From NCBI GenBank assembly GCA_002269645.1, contig NIVC01003829.1:10853-74852 (forward strand): a DNA stretch of 64,000 nt, written 5' to 3'. Below the pieces are notes generated by a model. The model was given only the letters and a program-made list of their open reading frames with translations, was not told the DNA's origin and searched no databases. The position numbers and the translations under genes are program-made. Each line of letters starts with the position of its first letter. Positions within the stretch are counted from its first letter, which is position 1. The DNA comes from Macrostomum lignano. Lineage: Eukaryota. Of this stretch, positions 48,111-58,894 are shown piece by piece.

Positions 48111-48226
48111 TATTTTATTCTCGACAGACCGCTTCTTTTATGGTTGACATGATGATTCTTTTGTCGCTTTTTCTTGTGTTGAGTTTTCTTCTGTTTAAAG
48201 TAGCATTTATTAAAAACTTACAGTGG

Positions 48227-48320
48227 TTTACCATCACTTTAGCAATGGTTTACCATCACTTTAGCGATGGTTCACCAGCAATTTAGCAATGGTTCACCAG
48301 CAGTTTAGCAATGGTTCACC
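48227..48320. repeat. 22-bp tandem repeat (TGGTT(T/C)ACCA..A.TTTAGCAA), about 4 copies
   Basis: Direct reading. Confidence 0.8.
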
Positions 48321-48644
48321 GGCACTGTTCCGCAAAATCTGGGAGCAGATGGCTACTGATCTCCATATGCTTCTCAATAATCGAAACCATTTGAAATGTT
48401 TGCAACTTGCAGTTTAAAATTGATTTGCAATTCTCTTGCATATTTATTAATTCATTGTACGTCAGATTAGCACTGCTCACCCAGATTAGACCCTTTGCAA
48501 ATTAGTATTTACAGCAGATTAGCACTGCTCTAGAAGACTAACGCAGCCCCAGCAAAAGTATCTTTAAATTTAAGTGTTTACCATCTCCATGAATCTGCAT
48601 AGGATGCAATCATTATTGTCACAGGTCACAAAGATAAATTCGCT

Positions 48645-48729
48645 GCTTCAATGCAGGCTCGAACTGCTGACATCAAAGCATTCTGTTTGCTTCTGCTTGA
48701 TACTGCCTGCCTACTGCGGCTATTGTGCC
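48645..48729 (-). other. tRNA-like Pol III head (possible SINE or pseudo-tRNA)
   Basis: Minus strand reads GGCACAATAGCCGCAGTAGG (A-box-like) ... AGTTCGAGCC (B-box-like). No complete cloverleaf. Confidence 0.3.
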
Positions 48730-49660
48730 TATTGACATGTGGTCGAAATAATCTAGTTTAGCAACTTCAGCCGTTTGAAGTTAACCCCCGGAAATCGGCA
48801 TTTATCCCCACAACAACCTGAAATTATCCCTTCATCTAATCCCGCAAAAAGACTGCAGTTATTTCTTAGCAGCCAGCATTTATCATCCACTTTGCATTTT
48901 AAAACTTTTATTAAAATTAAGAATGCATACCCTCAGCGGCATAGAATTGTCCCCTTAGCCAAAAATATTTCACTTAGCAGCCGCAGAAATCCCCTAAACA
49001 ACTTGTACTTAATCTTCCACAGTAAATATCCACTCAAAACTCAATACTTAGTTATAAGCCTCAGAAGTCTGCCATTATCCTCTAATTAGTCCGCAGTTTT
49101 CCCTCTCAGCAGTCTGCAGCTATACGCTCATACGTCTGGAGGAACTACCTCAGCAGTTTGCAGTTGTTTCCCCTTTGCAATCTGCAATGATCCCTTCGAC
49201 AGTCTGCAGTTCCCCTCAGCAGTCTGCAGTCATTTCATTTTCAGTCTACAACTGTACCATTAACGATTTTCATTCATTCTCTCAGCAGCCTGCAGTTCTC
49301 CTCTCGGCCGGCTCCTCCTCTTTGCAGTCTCCTCTGCAAACTGCAATTTGCTCAGAATTGTACGGCTCACTAATCAATTTTCGATACATATCGGCAGTCT
49401 TGAAAAGCTCAGCATTTAGCAGCATTGTCTGCAGTTTAGTAATTTCGTACTTTTATGGAGCTAGACAATACCCATTGATGGGATCAGTTATACTCAAAGC
49501 AGTTTTTACAAATCAAATTTGATTAGTGGCTTGTGCCGAGTAGCAAAAAATGAATTGCTAATTAATAAAAAAATGTTTCAATTGAAATTAAATAAAAAAT
49601 GTTTCAATTAGTCCAGGCACAAGCTATAAATTATTGAATTATTTGAATTTTTATTATCCG

Positions 49661-49739
49661 CCGGGGAGGCAGACTCGAACCTTGGACCTTACGTCTAGCC
49701 TAAACCTAGTCCTAGTGCCTACACTGCGGCTACTCCGCC
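49661..49739 (-). other. tRNA-like Pol III head (possible SINE or pseudo-tRNA)
   Basis: Minus strand reads GGCGGAGTAGCCGCAGTGTAGG (A-box-like) ... GGTTCGAGTC (B-box-like) with tRNA-like spacing. The T-stem and acceptor stem are imperfect. Confidence 0.4.
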
Positions 49740-50079
49740 TATTGATGGGAGGACAACAAAATCAGCCATATATGCTTCAGAACTGCAGTTAAATACATAG
49801 CAGTGATAGGCTGCTCAGTGTGTAGGCGTGCAGGCGGAGCCAATGCACAGTTGATTGAGTGAAATCTATAAATAGCAATTTTCTATGGAGTCCGCCAGTC
49901 AGAGCCAGGGTCAGAATGTACACACGCAGCCACTGAGCATTTTTTCTCCTTGCACACTGCAACCAGTATTGAAGCTTACACAGTGGAGAGAGAAAAGTTA
50001 TAGCGCAATCATAATTGGAATTGGAATTCAGCCAGTCCAGTCAAGAATTCAACCTAGTTTGCCCTACCATTAAAAGCAT

Positions 50080-51705
50080 TGGGAAAACTCGTTTTTCGAA
50101 TATTTAATACCTTTAGCATTAAAGCCGATTAAAGAAATTTCAACTGTCTTCTTTCCAGATAATTACAAATCTTTTCGTAAAAACGCGATTAAAATTGGTC
50201 AATGGTTCTATCTCTAGAACGTTACACGAATACTAACACAAATTCTCTTCCAGTGAAAGTCACACGAAGCAGCTATGACATAATCAAATACAAATCAGAA
50301 TTCAGTCAGTCGGTTTTTTCTCTAGCATTCTTACAGCGCATTTCAAGTCGAAAGAGCTGCTTGACCTTTGCAAAAAAGCATGTTTTTCGAATATTTAATC
50401 CCTTTAGCATTGAAGCAGATTAAAGAAATTTTAACCGTCTTCTTTCCAGACAATTTTAAATCTTTTGGCGAAAACGCGATCAAAATCGGTGAAGAATTGC
50501 CATCTCTAGAGCGTTATGGACATACAAACCTTAGAGATTTAGTATATTTATACAAGCATACAAATATTAGAGATTTAGTATATGTAGATAGAATAGAATA
50601 GATAGAAGATAGATTAGAATAGATAGAAGATAGAAGACTAGAGCGTTATGGACAAGCAAGCAAGCAAGCATACAAATATTAGAGATTTAGTATATTTAGA
50701 CTAGCTAATTAGAGCTGGCTGCCAGCAGCCAGAATAATTTTTTTATTGCCCCCCTTTAAGTGAGGCCCAGTGAGTTTTCTTATCAGTTGGCTCTGGCGCA
50801 ATCAATTAAAATTGGCAGTGAAGTTTTTCGCTGATAAAATTTGCATTGAAAAAGGCCATTTAAAACAGTTTTTCGAATATTTAATCCCTTTAGCATTGGA
50901 GCAGATTAAAGAAATTTTAACCGTCTTCTTTCCAGACAATTTTGAATCTTTTGGCGAAAACACGATCAAAATCGGTGAAGAATTGCAATCTCTAGAGCGT
51001 TATGGACATTCAAGCAAGCAAGCATACAAACCTTAGAGATTTAGTATATTTAAATTAGATTAGAAGATAGAAGATAGAAGATTAGAAGATAGATAGATAG
51101 AAGATATACTAGCTAATTAGAGCTGGCTGCCAGCATCCAGAATAATTTTTATTGCCCCCCTTTAAGTGGAGCGGAGTGAGTTTTCTTATCAGTTGGCTCT
51201 GGCGCAATCAATTAAAATTGGCAGTGAAGTTTCTGGCTGATAAAATTTGCATTGAAAAAGGCCATTTAAAACAGTTTTTCGAATATTTAATCCCTTTAGC
51301 ATTGAAGCAGAGTAAAGAAATTTTAACTGTCTTCTTTCCAGACAATTTTGAATCTTTTGGCGAAAACACGATCAAAATCGGTGAAGAATTGCAATCTCTA
51401 GAGCGTTATGGACATTCAAGCAAGCAAGCATACAAACCTTAGAGATTCATTCATTCAAGCATACAAACCTTAGAGATTTAGTATATTTAGATTGCAATCT
51501 CTAGAGCGTTATGGACATACAAACCTTAGAGATTTAGTATATTTGGATTAGAAGATTAGATAGATAGAAGAATTAGAAGATTGAAAAAAATCGGTTCAGG
51601 CATTCAGGCTGTAGACTGGAATACCGGTCAAACCTTAGAGATTTAGTATATTGTGATTTAGATTTAGAAGATTAGAAGATTAGAAGAGATTTAGTATATT
51701 TAGAA
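50080..51705. repeat. Cluster of DINE-1/HINE-like modules, block 2 (period about 408 bp)
   Basis: CTAGCTAATTAGAGCTGGCTGCCAGCA at 50701 and 51109 (also about 44964). The same core as block 1 occurs at about 50443, 50929 and 51335, with (AAGAT/TAGA)n tails. Confidence 0.6.
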
Positions 51706-52454
51706 GTACCTTTTCTTGGAAGTAATTCCTTTCGAATCGAAGTAATCTCACCATGGAAATTATTGTTAAAATGAGGTACACTGCTGCGTTAGAGTAATTA
51801 CTTTTGACTTCATTAGTACCCCTTCTTGGAAGGGGTTTCACAAATCAGGGAACACTCATTGAATGTTCCTCTCCACGGAAATCTTTGTTGTTAAAACGAG
51901 GTGCCGTCGAAACCGGCGCGGGTCAGTTCCGAAGAACTCTGCTGCAGTTATATTTTGTATTTGATCGAAAGAATTAAAAATATTTACAAGATTTCGATTT
52001 GAATATTTATACGAATATTGAAATTAAAAATATACATATATAAAACTATTTTTCAATATTTTGCAGTATTTTGCACGCATTTGGGGATAAAAAAGAGGGG
52101 AGGGAAATCCCGCACAAAGAAGGGATCTAATAAAAGCAGGACATCTAAAAAATACGTGCTTGATATTTGAAGGCCTATTGAGAGTAAAAGCAAGACATTT
52201 AAGTAAAAAAATAGAGATTAAGAATGCAATAGCGCATATTTGAATTTAGTTGTAAAAATAGAATGAATATAGTAAAGGTGTAAAAAAGCAATTAGTGATA
52301 TTTGTAGAGCAGTTGGGTAAAAAACACAGTTGGGAAAATTGTAAAAAGAAACGCGAGGAGACATAGAGATTACCTAATCAGTCCTAATGACTGATCAACC
52401 GATCTCTGTCTCAGGCAGCAAGTTTAGTTTTATTAGTTGCGTTTCAGAGCGTGG

Positions 52455-55262
52455 TCACTTCCGGTTTGGGAGGCTGGTGCCCGGCCTTACCCTGGGTGGG
52501 ATTCCCCTGTTTCTTTCCCGACGCCTCATGGCATCCCAGAGGACATTGAGGACTGGGGTTCGGCCCGGAGCCCGAGGGGCTTCCGGCTCAATGTGGAAGC
52601 TGTGGAGCTTGGCTGCCCTCATCTTGAGCAGCCAAGCCACCCCCAGCTGCTTGACCCTGTCTGCGAGCATCGGCATACCTGCCAGCTTGTGCAGGTATTC
52701 GATGCTGATGTAGGATGGCACACCATAGCAGATACGGAGAGCCAGGTTTTGGATTTTCTGCAATTTGATTTGGTTAGTCGCACAAATTTGGCTCAGGATT
52801 GGCGCTCCGTAGGTGAGAGCGCTTTCTCCGTATGCCCTGTACAGCATTCTGAGGGTGGTGCTACTCAGCTTAGTCATTTTTGCAATTCTGCACAGTGACA
52901 TTACAATGGCTCTGCTGGTATCTGCCATGTTGTCCACATGTTTGTTCAGGCAGAGGCTCTGGTCAAGGAGGACACCCAGGAATTTCACCTCCTGACAGTA
53001 CGGAACCTCAGTGTCCCCCAGATACAGTTTGGGTCGCAAGTCCATGCGCCTAGTGGGTTTGTAGTTGAAAGCGATTGCTTTGCTTTTACCGGCATTCAGT
53101 CTAATGCCTTGTTTACCGCACCAGTCAAAGACTCGTCTGAGGTAGCTTTGAAGGGATGTTCGGAGCCCCGCAAAGGTGTCTGCTGAGGCCCAGACGGCCA
53201 TGTCGTCTGCGAATTGACTGCGTTTGACGCTTGAGATGGTGGGAGTCGGCATTGAGCTGACGAAGAGGAGATACAGGAGAGGACTCAGAATGCCTCCCTG
53301 AGGGACGCCAGCCTGGATGGTGTGGGGATCGCTTAGGGCCCCCTCGATTCGAACCTGGATCTGTCTGTCTCGCAGGTAGTCAGACAGGATTCGCATGAGC
53401 ATAGGTGGAAAACCATCGGTGAGCATGCTATGCCTGATCTTGTCGTGCCAGGTGGAGTCAAAAGCTGCCTCTGCATCCAGGAAGACTGCAGCGGACTTTT
53501 TAGCTTTGCACTTTGCTACCATGACATCTTGTGCCAGACGGCACAGGTTGTCATACGTGGAGTGAATTTTGCGGTAGGCGCATTGGTCATGTCCTAGGGT
53601 CTTATTATCCTCAAGGTGCTTGGTGAGTCTTTTTGCTATAAGCTTCTCAAACACTTTGCCCAGACATGAGGTCAGGCTGATTGGTCTGTAGGAGTTGGGG
53701 TGTTCGGGCGGTTTGTCCGGCTTGGGGATCATTGTCACCACAGCTTTCTTCCAGGCGCTGGGGAAAATCCCTCGACCGTAGCAGGCGTTGAAGAGGTTAG
53801 TGAGTCTCGTGATTGCCACCCCCTCTAAGCCCAGCTTGAGGACGCAGTTGGGAATCTTGTCCAGCCCGGGTGCTCCATCAGGCCTGAGGTGCTCCAGTTC
53901 CCACACTGTGTCTGCCACAGAGAATGCAGCATCAAGTGGGTGGGTCTCAATGGGTTCGATTCCCTCAGGAACGGGGTAGAATGAGGTGAGCTGTGCCACA
54001 TCGGCCACCTCACGTTTGAGCTGTTCGCATGTGGAAGGGACTGGGCGCATCTTTGAGTCCAGAGTCTCGGCTAGAAGGTTAGCCTTCTCCAGATCTGTGT
54101 GCGCAGTTGTTTGACCCAGGGTGAGGCTGGGGATCGAGGTTGGCTTAAATTTGCCCATCAGCTTTTTAGTGTCATGCCAGAAATTCTTCACTTTCTTGTT
54201 CTTGCTGTTTTCAACAATACTCTCACAGACTTTGGTTAGCTTTCCATTCTGGAAGGAGTTAATTTCTCTCTTTATGCGATTTGCGAGCTGGTTTGCTTGG
54301 GTTTTGAAATTTTGATCCCGTGTGCTGAAGAAGAGGCGTCTGAGTCGTCTGCGCTCTTTGATCAGGTCGAGGATGTACTTGGGTAGGGCGTTTTTGGCAC
54401 CACAGTCTGGTACTGTGGAGTCAATCACGGTGTGAATGGCCTTTGTGATGTGATCCACTTCGGCATTGATTTGGTCAGCATTTGATAATTTAATATTCTG
54501 ATCTGAGCTCAAAGCTTCACTGATTTTGAGTCTGAACTCGTCCCAGTTTGTTTTTGAGAAGTTTTTGGGTCTGGGGGGACCAGCCCATTTCTTCGACTGA
54601 ATATTGAGCGTGAGGATTATGGTAAGTGGTCACTGCCCAGGTCAGGACCCACCTCAAAGTCCTGCACAAATGGGAGAAAGTCCTCAGTGGCCAGGGCGAG
54701 GTCCAAGACATTCCTAGAAATCAGCCCGTTTTTGGTGGCCAGTCTGGTGAACTGACCGGCTTGATTGAGAATGGTGGCGAGGTGGGGCCCTCAGACAGCC
54801 AGTCGTGCAGCTGGTAGCCAGCCATGTTGTTGCTGCTGTCACCCCCGAGGAAGCGGTGTCTGGCATTGAGGTCACCCATGAGCACACTGCGCCTACGGAG
54901 AGAAGATTTTTGAGTAGGTTCAGGTTCAGATGATACGGTGCTGGAGACCTGTACACCAGAGCAAGAATGAAGTCAGGACCAGAGTTGTCAGACAAGCTCA
55001 CGGTGCAAGAGATGGCTTCATGGTTGACATTGTCATACTGCAAGCGCACATTTGTGAGTTTGACGCGAGGAGAGTGGGCAAGGAGAAGCCCGCGTTTGAC
55101 TTGCGGGGTATCATACCGAATGATGGAGTACCCGGGAATCTGGACAGTGTGACAACTTTTGAGAATGGTCTCAGAGAAGAGGGCAATGTCTAGCTCCTGA
55201 CTGACGACCCACTGTGTCAGCTCTCTGATTTTCGGGTTGAATCCCCTGCAGTTTAAATGCAT
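52455..55262 (-). CDS. Copy B ORF2 (APE-RT), several single-base frameshifts
   Basis: Track ORFs 54714-55262, 54517-54711 and 52455-54512 are pieces of the same protein as copy A ORF2; the DNA is near-identical by eye. Confidence 0.9.
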
Positions 55263-55348
55263 AATCTTCAGGGCTGTGGTTTGATTGTTTGAGTCTACAG
55301 TTAACGCACTGAAGTTTCAATTCAAGTCTTGAGTTTAGCTGCCTGAGA

Positions 55349-58052
55349 CTAGGACTCAGTGGTCATGCCAGCCATGCCCGGCACTTCCTGGAGTGCAGCC
55401 CGCACAATGTCCTCAACCATTTTACTGGTTGATTCCACAGTGAGGACCTCCCCAGGCGGTCGGGACAGGGCCTGCACAACCACTTGAGTCAGAGAGCGGG
55501 TGATCAGGGGCAACAGCATGCTCACCACCGACATAAAGTCACTAAGCTGCAGCTGCACCGCCTGGCCGGCATCAGCTGACGGAGCAGTCGCATTGACATC
55601 AGACTCGGTCTCTGCCGCCGGAGCGCTCCTGGCATCATCGGTCACGATGACAAGCGGCCGGATCGCGGCGGGTACCGGCACCGTGCGCCTGCCTCGGCGG
55701 ATCAGCCAGCCGCTGTCGGAGTCGTCGTCGGCGGCGGCGTCGTCGGTCTCACTTGACACTGGGGCAGCAGCGGCCGCAGCTTCCGCAGCTCGCGCCGCGG
55801 CTTTGGCCTCAGCAGCCGCTCTGGTCGCCTTGTCGTGCTCCGCCTTGGCGACGGTGCAGGCTCGACTGGTGGTTCGGTGCGAGCCGCCGCAGTTGGCGCA
55901 GACCGCTGGGCCCTCGTGCTGGCACTCCTTCCAGGAATGCTGGCCGCCGCAAATCCGGCAGCGCTGCTGCCCCGACACTGAGCAGCGCGGTGGCCGAACT
56001 CCTGGCAGCGCTGGCATTGCAGAGCGCGGACCGGCTCGTCTGTGCGGCTGTCCTCGCAGTTGAACTTCAAGAAGTCGGTGCAGATGCCATCGCGGAGGCA
56101 CTTCTCGTAGGTCATCGCCGACTTTGTGAAGATGCGCACGAACTGGGTTGCCTTCCCAGTCGCTCTGGCTCGGATTCTGTGGACGCTGACAATGTCCAGC
56201 TTGAGCGTGCCGCGCAACAGGGTCGCGAAGTCAGCCTCCGAGAATGCGAGGGGCACCTCAGTAGCGACAAAGGTGCGTACCGGCTGCTGCTGCACTCTGT
56301 CGGGCCCTGTTCTGTTGTCCAGCGGTCGGGCTCGGGCTGGACGGCGCTTTACGGGATGCTCGAGCAGCTTCTCCTCGCGCAGCGCGCCGCCCAGGAAGAC
56401 GTTGTAGTCCCGCTCCGACGCTGGGAACACGAGATAGGCCGGCTGATTCGCCATCGGCGCAGTGTTGACGGCTCTAGCTTCGCCGGCAAAGTTGGTCTGC
56501 AGCCAGGCAACGAACTGCATCAGCTTGTTGGCCGCGTCCCGGTGCACCTCAAAAACGATCGGCGGGATGGCAGCCTGGGGCCTTCTGGGTGGCGCAGGGC
56601 GCGCCGCAACCTGCGCGTAGGGCCGCGCTGCCGCAGCCGCCTGCGCGCTTGTCGCCGAAGCCGCCGCCGCACCGGCCGGCCAGGAAGCCGCCGAAGCCGC
56701 CGCCGCACCGGACGCCGCGCCGCGACCTCCTCGCCTGCCTCGCTGGTGGCCGCCACGGCCGCGCCGACCCCGATCGCCTTCGCGGTCTCGCCTCGCCGTC
56801 GCCTGCCGCTCCTGGGGCCTGTCGTCGCCCCGGCCGCCCTGGTCGTCGTCGTGGCCGCCTTGGTCGTCGTCCCGACCGCCTTGGTCGTCGCCGAATGGGC
56901 CGCCGTTTAGCGGCTGGCTGTAGGTCGGGTCATCCGGCAGAGCTCGCTTGCGCCGCAGCTCCGGCTTGGTGACACGGAATGTTAGCGAGATGCGGACGCC
57001 ATTCTGAGAGTGGGCGGCGGGCACCTGGTGCTGCAGGCGTTTCTGGCAGTTTCCTGCCATCAGAATCAGCGAGCCTGGCAGCGTTGGAAAGCGGTGCGTC
57101 ACGTTGCCGTCCCGACGGCGCAGCATGAACAGCCGCTCAGCACCGAAGGACACGGTCGCGATCGTCGGCCTGTCGCCGAGCTCATCCTCATCGTCCGAGT
57201 GCCAGGGAATCCGGTCTCCCGGCTCGGTGTAGAAGTTCACCAACACGGAGTTGAACTTCGGGACATCGAACTGGGTATCATGGTAAATGAAGTCACGAAT
57301 GTCTTCAATTACCTGATGCCAGTTTAGATTTTCCTTCAGCTCAACCCCGCTGTAGGTGTACGACGGGCCGATCCAGTAGACGCGGCGCTGCTCACTCGGA
57401 CGATGCTGAAAGGCTTGAGGCAGCAGGTCGGTGATCAGGCGCTCGTAGACTTGGTCCGCGACCTCGCTCAGGAACTTGGGCGCATAGATGATGGTGCTGT
57501 CGCTAGCGTAGATCGTCTGCTGACAGTCAGTCAAGTCAGGCTCATCAGGGAAGATGATTTGACTGATGTCAGCGTCCAGTTGCTCGGCAGGGGGCTTTGG
57601 CAGCGTCGAGGCCTGGTCTGCAGCCGATTGCTGGCGCTCCTCAGACGTCGGCGCTGCCGCTGCCGCACTGAGCTCGCTGGACTCGGCAGTTGGTGGCTCG
57701 GTGGTTGCTGCGGCCTCGTTGGATGGCAGGGCGCTTGTCTGGCCTGGCTCGTCGCAGTCGAGAGACATGCGCTGCTCTGCCTCTGCGCCTGCAGCCTCCG
57801 GCAGCTGCTCATTCTCTCGCAGGATCTCCTCTGCGTTGCGCAAGAGCTCGCCGGCCGGGGGCTGATCGAGTGGCGGCCTTCCAGACTGCGTCGAGCTCGC
57901 ATCTGGCCTGCTGGCGGCGGGCTCGCAGTCGATGGCTCAGCTGTCGGCGTCAGTCCAAGAAGCTGGCGACCGTAGGCTTCGTTCGGACGATACCGGTGCT
58001 CGAGAGAGGGCCGGCAGTCCATCTTTTTAGCGCTGGCGCGATTCGCAGCCAT
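55349..58052 (-). CDS. Copy B ORF1, full length (about 901 aa after two 1-nt corrections): disordered N-terminus, AlkB domain (56974-57516), RGG linker, gag/CCHC x3
   Basis: ATG at 58052 (MAANRASAKK). The missing base at about 57860 is present in copy C, and the missing base at about 55972 is present in copy A. 2704+2 nt = 902 codons. Confidence 0.9.
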
Positions 58053-58894
58053 ATGGCGTGATTATTTGGGTGCACTCACACTAAACTAAACTAGACAACT
58101 ACTAATGAGTCAGGAGGCACGCAAAGTGCGCTCGCTGAGAGGGGTGGGGCGACTGCAAGATAAGACTAGGGGTGGGGTAGAGATAAAAACAAATGTACAG
58201 TGGAATGGAAGGCTAACTAAAGTACTTTTTAAGAGCTAAGCTAGGCTAGTCTAAACTATTCTATTTCTAATAAGCCTTTCTAGGAAAGGCCTGCAAAAAC
58301 TAGAGAATTCTCCTAAGAGTATCCCTCCACGGAAATCTTTGTTAAAAACGAGGTGCCGTCGAAACCGGCGCGGGTCAGTTCCGAAGAACTCTGCCGCAGT
58401 TATATTTTGTATTTGATCGAAAGAATTAAAAATATTTACAAGATTTCGATTTGAATATTTGTACGAATATTGAAATAAAAATATACATATATAAAACTAT
58501 TTTTCAATATTTTGCAGTATTTTGCACGCATTTGGGGATAAAAAAGAGGGGAGGGGAATCCCACACAAAGAAGGGATCTAATAAAAACAGGACATCTAAA
58601 AAATACGTGCTTGATATTTGAAGGCCTATTGAGAGTAAAAGCAAGACATTTAAGTAAAAAAATAGAGATTAAGAATGCAATAGCGCATATTTGAATTTAG
58701 TTGTAAAAATAGAATGAATATAGTAAAGGTGTAAAAAAGCAATTAGTGATATTTGTAGAGCAGTTGGGTAAAAAACACAGTTGGGAAAATTGTAAAAAGA
58801 AACGCGAGGAGACATAGAGATTACCTAATCAGTCCTAATGACTGATCAACCGATCTCTGTCTCAGGCAGCAAGTTTAGTTTTATTAGTTGCGTT

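Larger units (their letters stand above)
51871..58324 (-). mobile_element. Copy B: most complete AlkB-gag/APE-RT Jockey-like non-LTR unit (about 6.45 kb including flanks)
   Basis: Complete ORF1 (55349-58052) and ORF2 (about 52430-55262) apart from single-base indels. Bounded by CTCCACGGAAATCTTT at 51871 and 58325. Confidence 0.93.

Noticed and set aside
42476-57975. Long plus-strand ORFs antisense to ORF1 (for example 55753-56910 and 42811-43662)
   Set aside because: Shadow ORFs of GC-rich coding sequence. They are broken differently between copies and carry no motifs.
58272-58312. Hairpin GCCTTTC-TAG-GAAAGGC followed by CTAG (also in copy C at about 62764-62803) as a Helitron 3' end
   Set aside because: CTAG is followed by A rather than T, and homology between units continues about 35 bp beyond it, so it does not mark the boundary.
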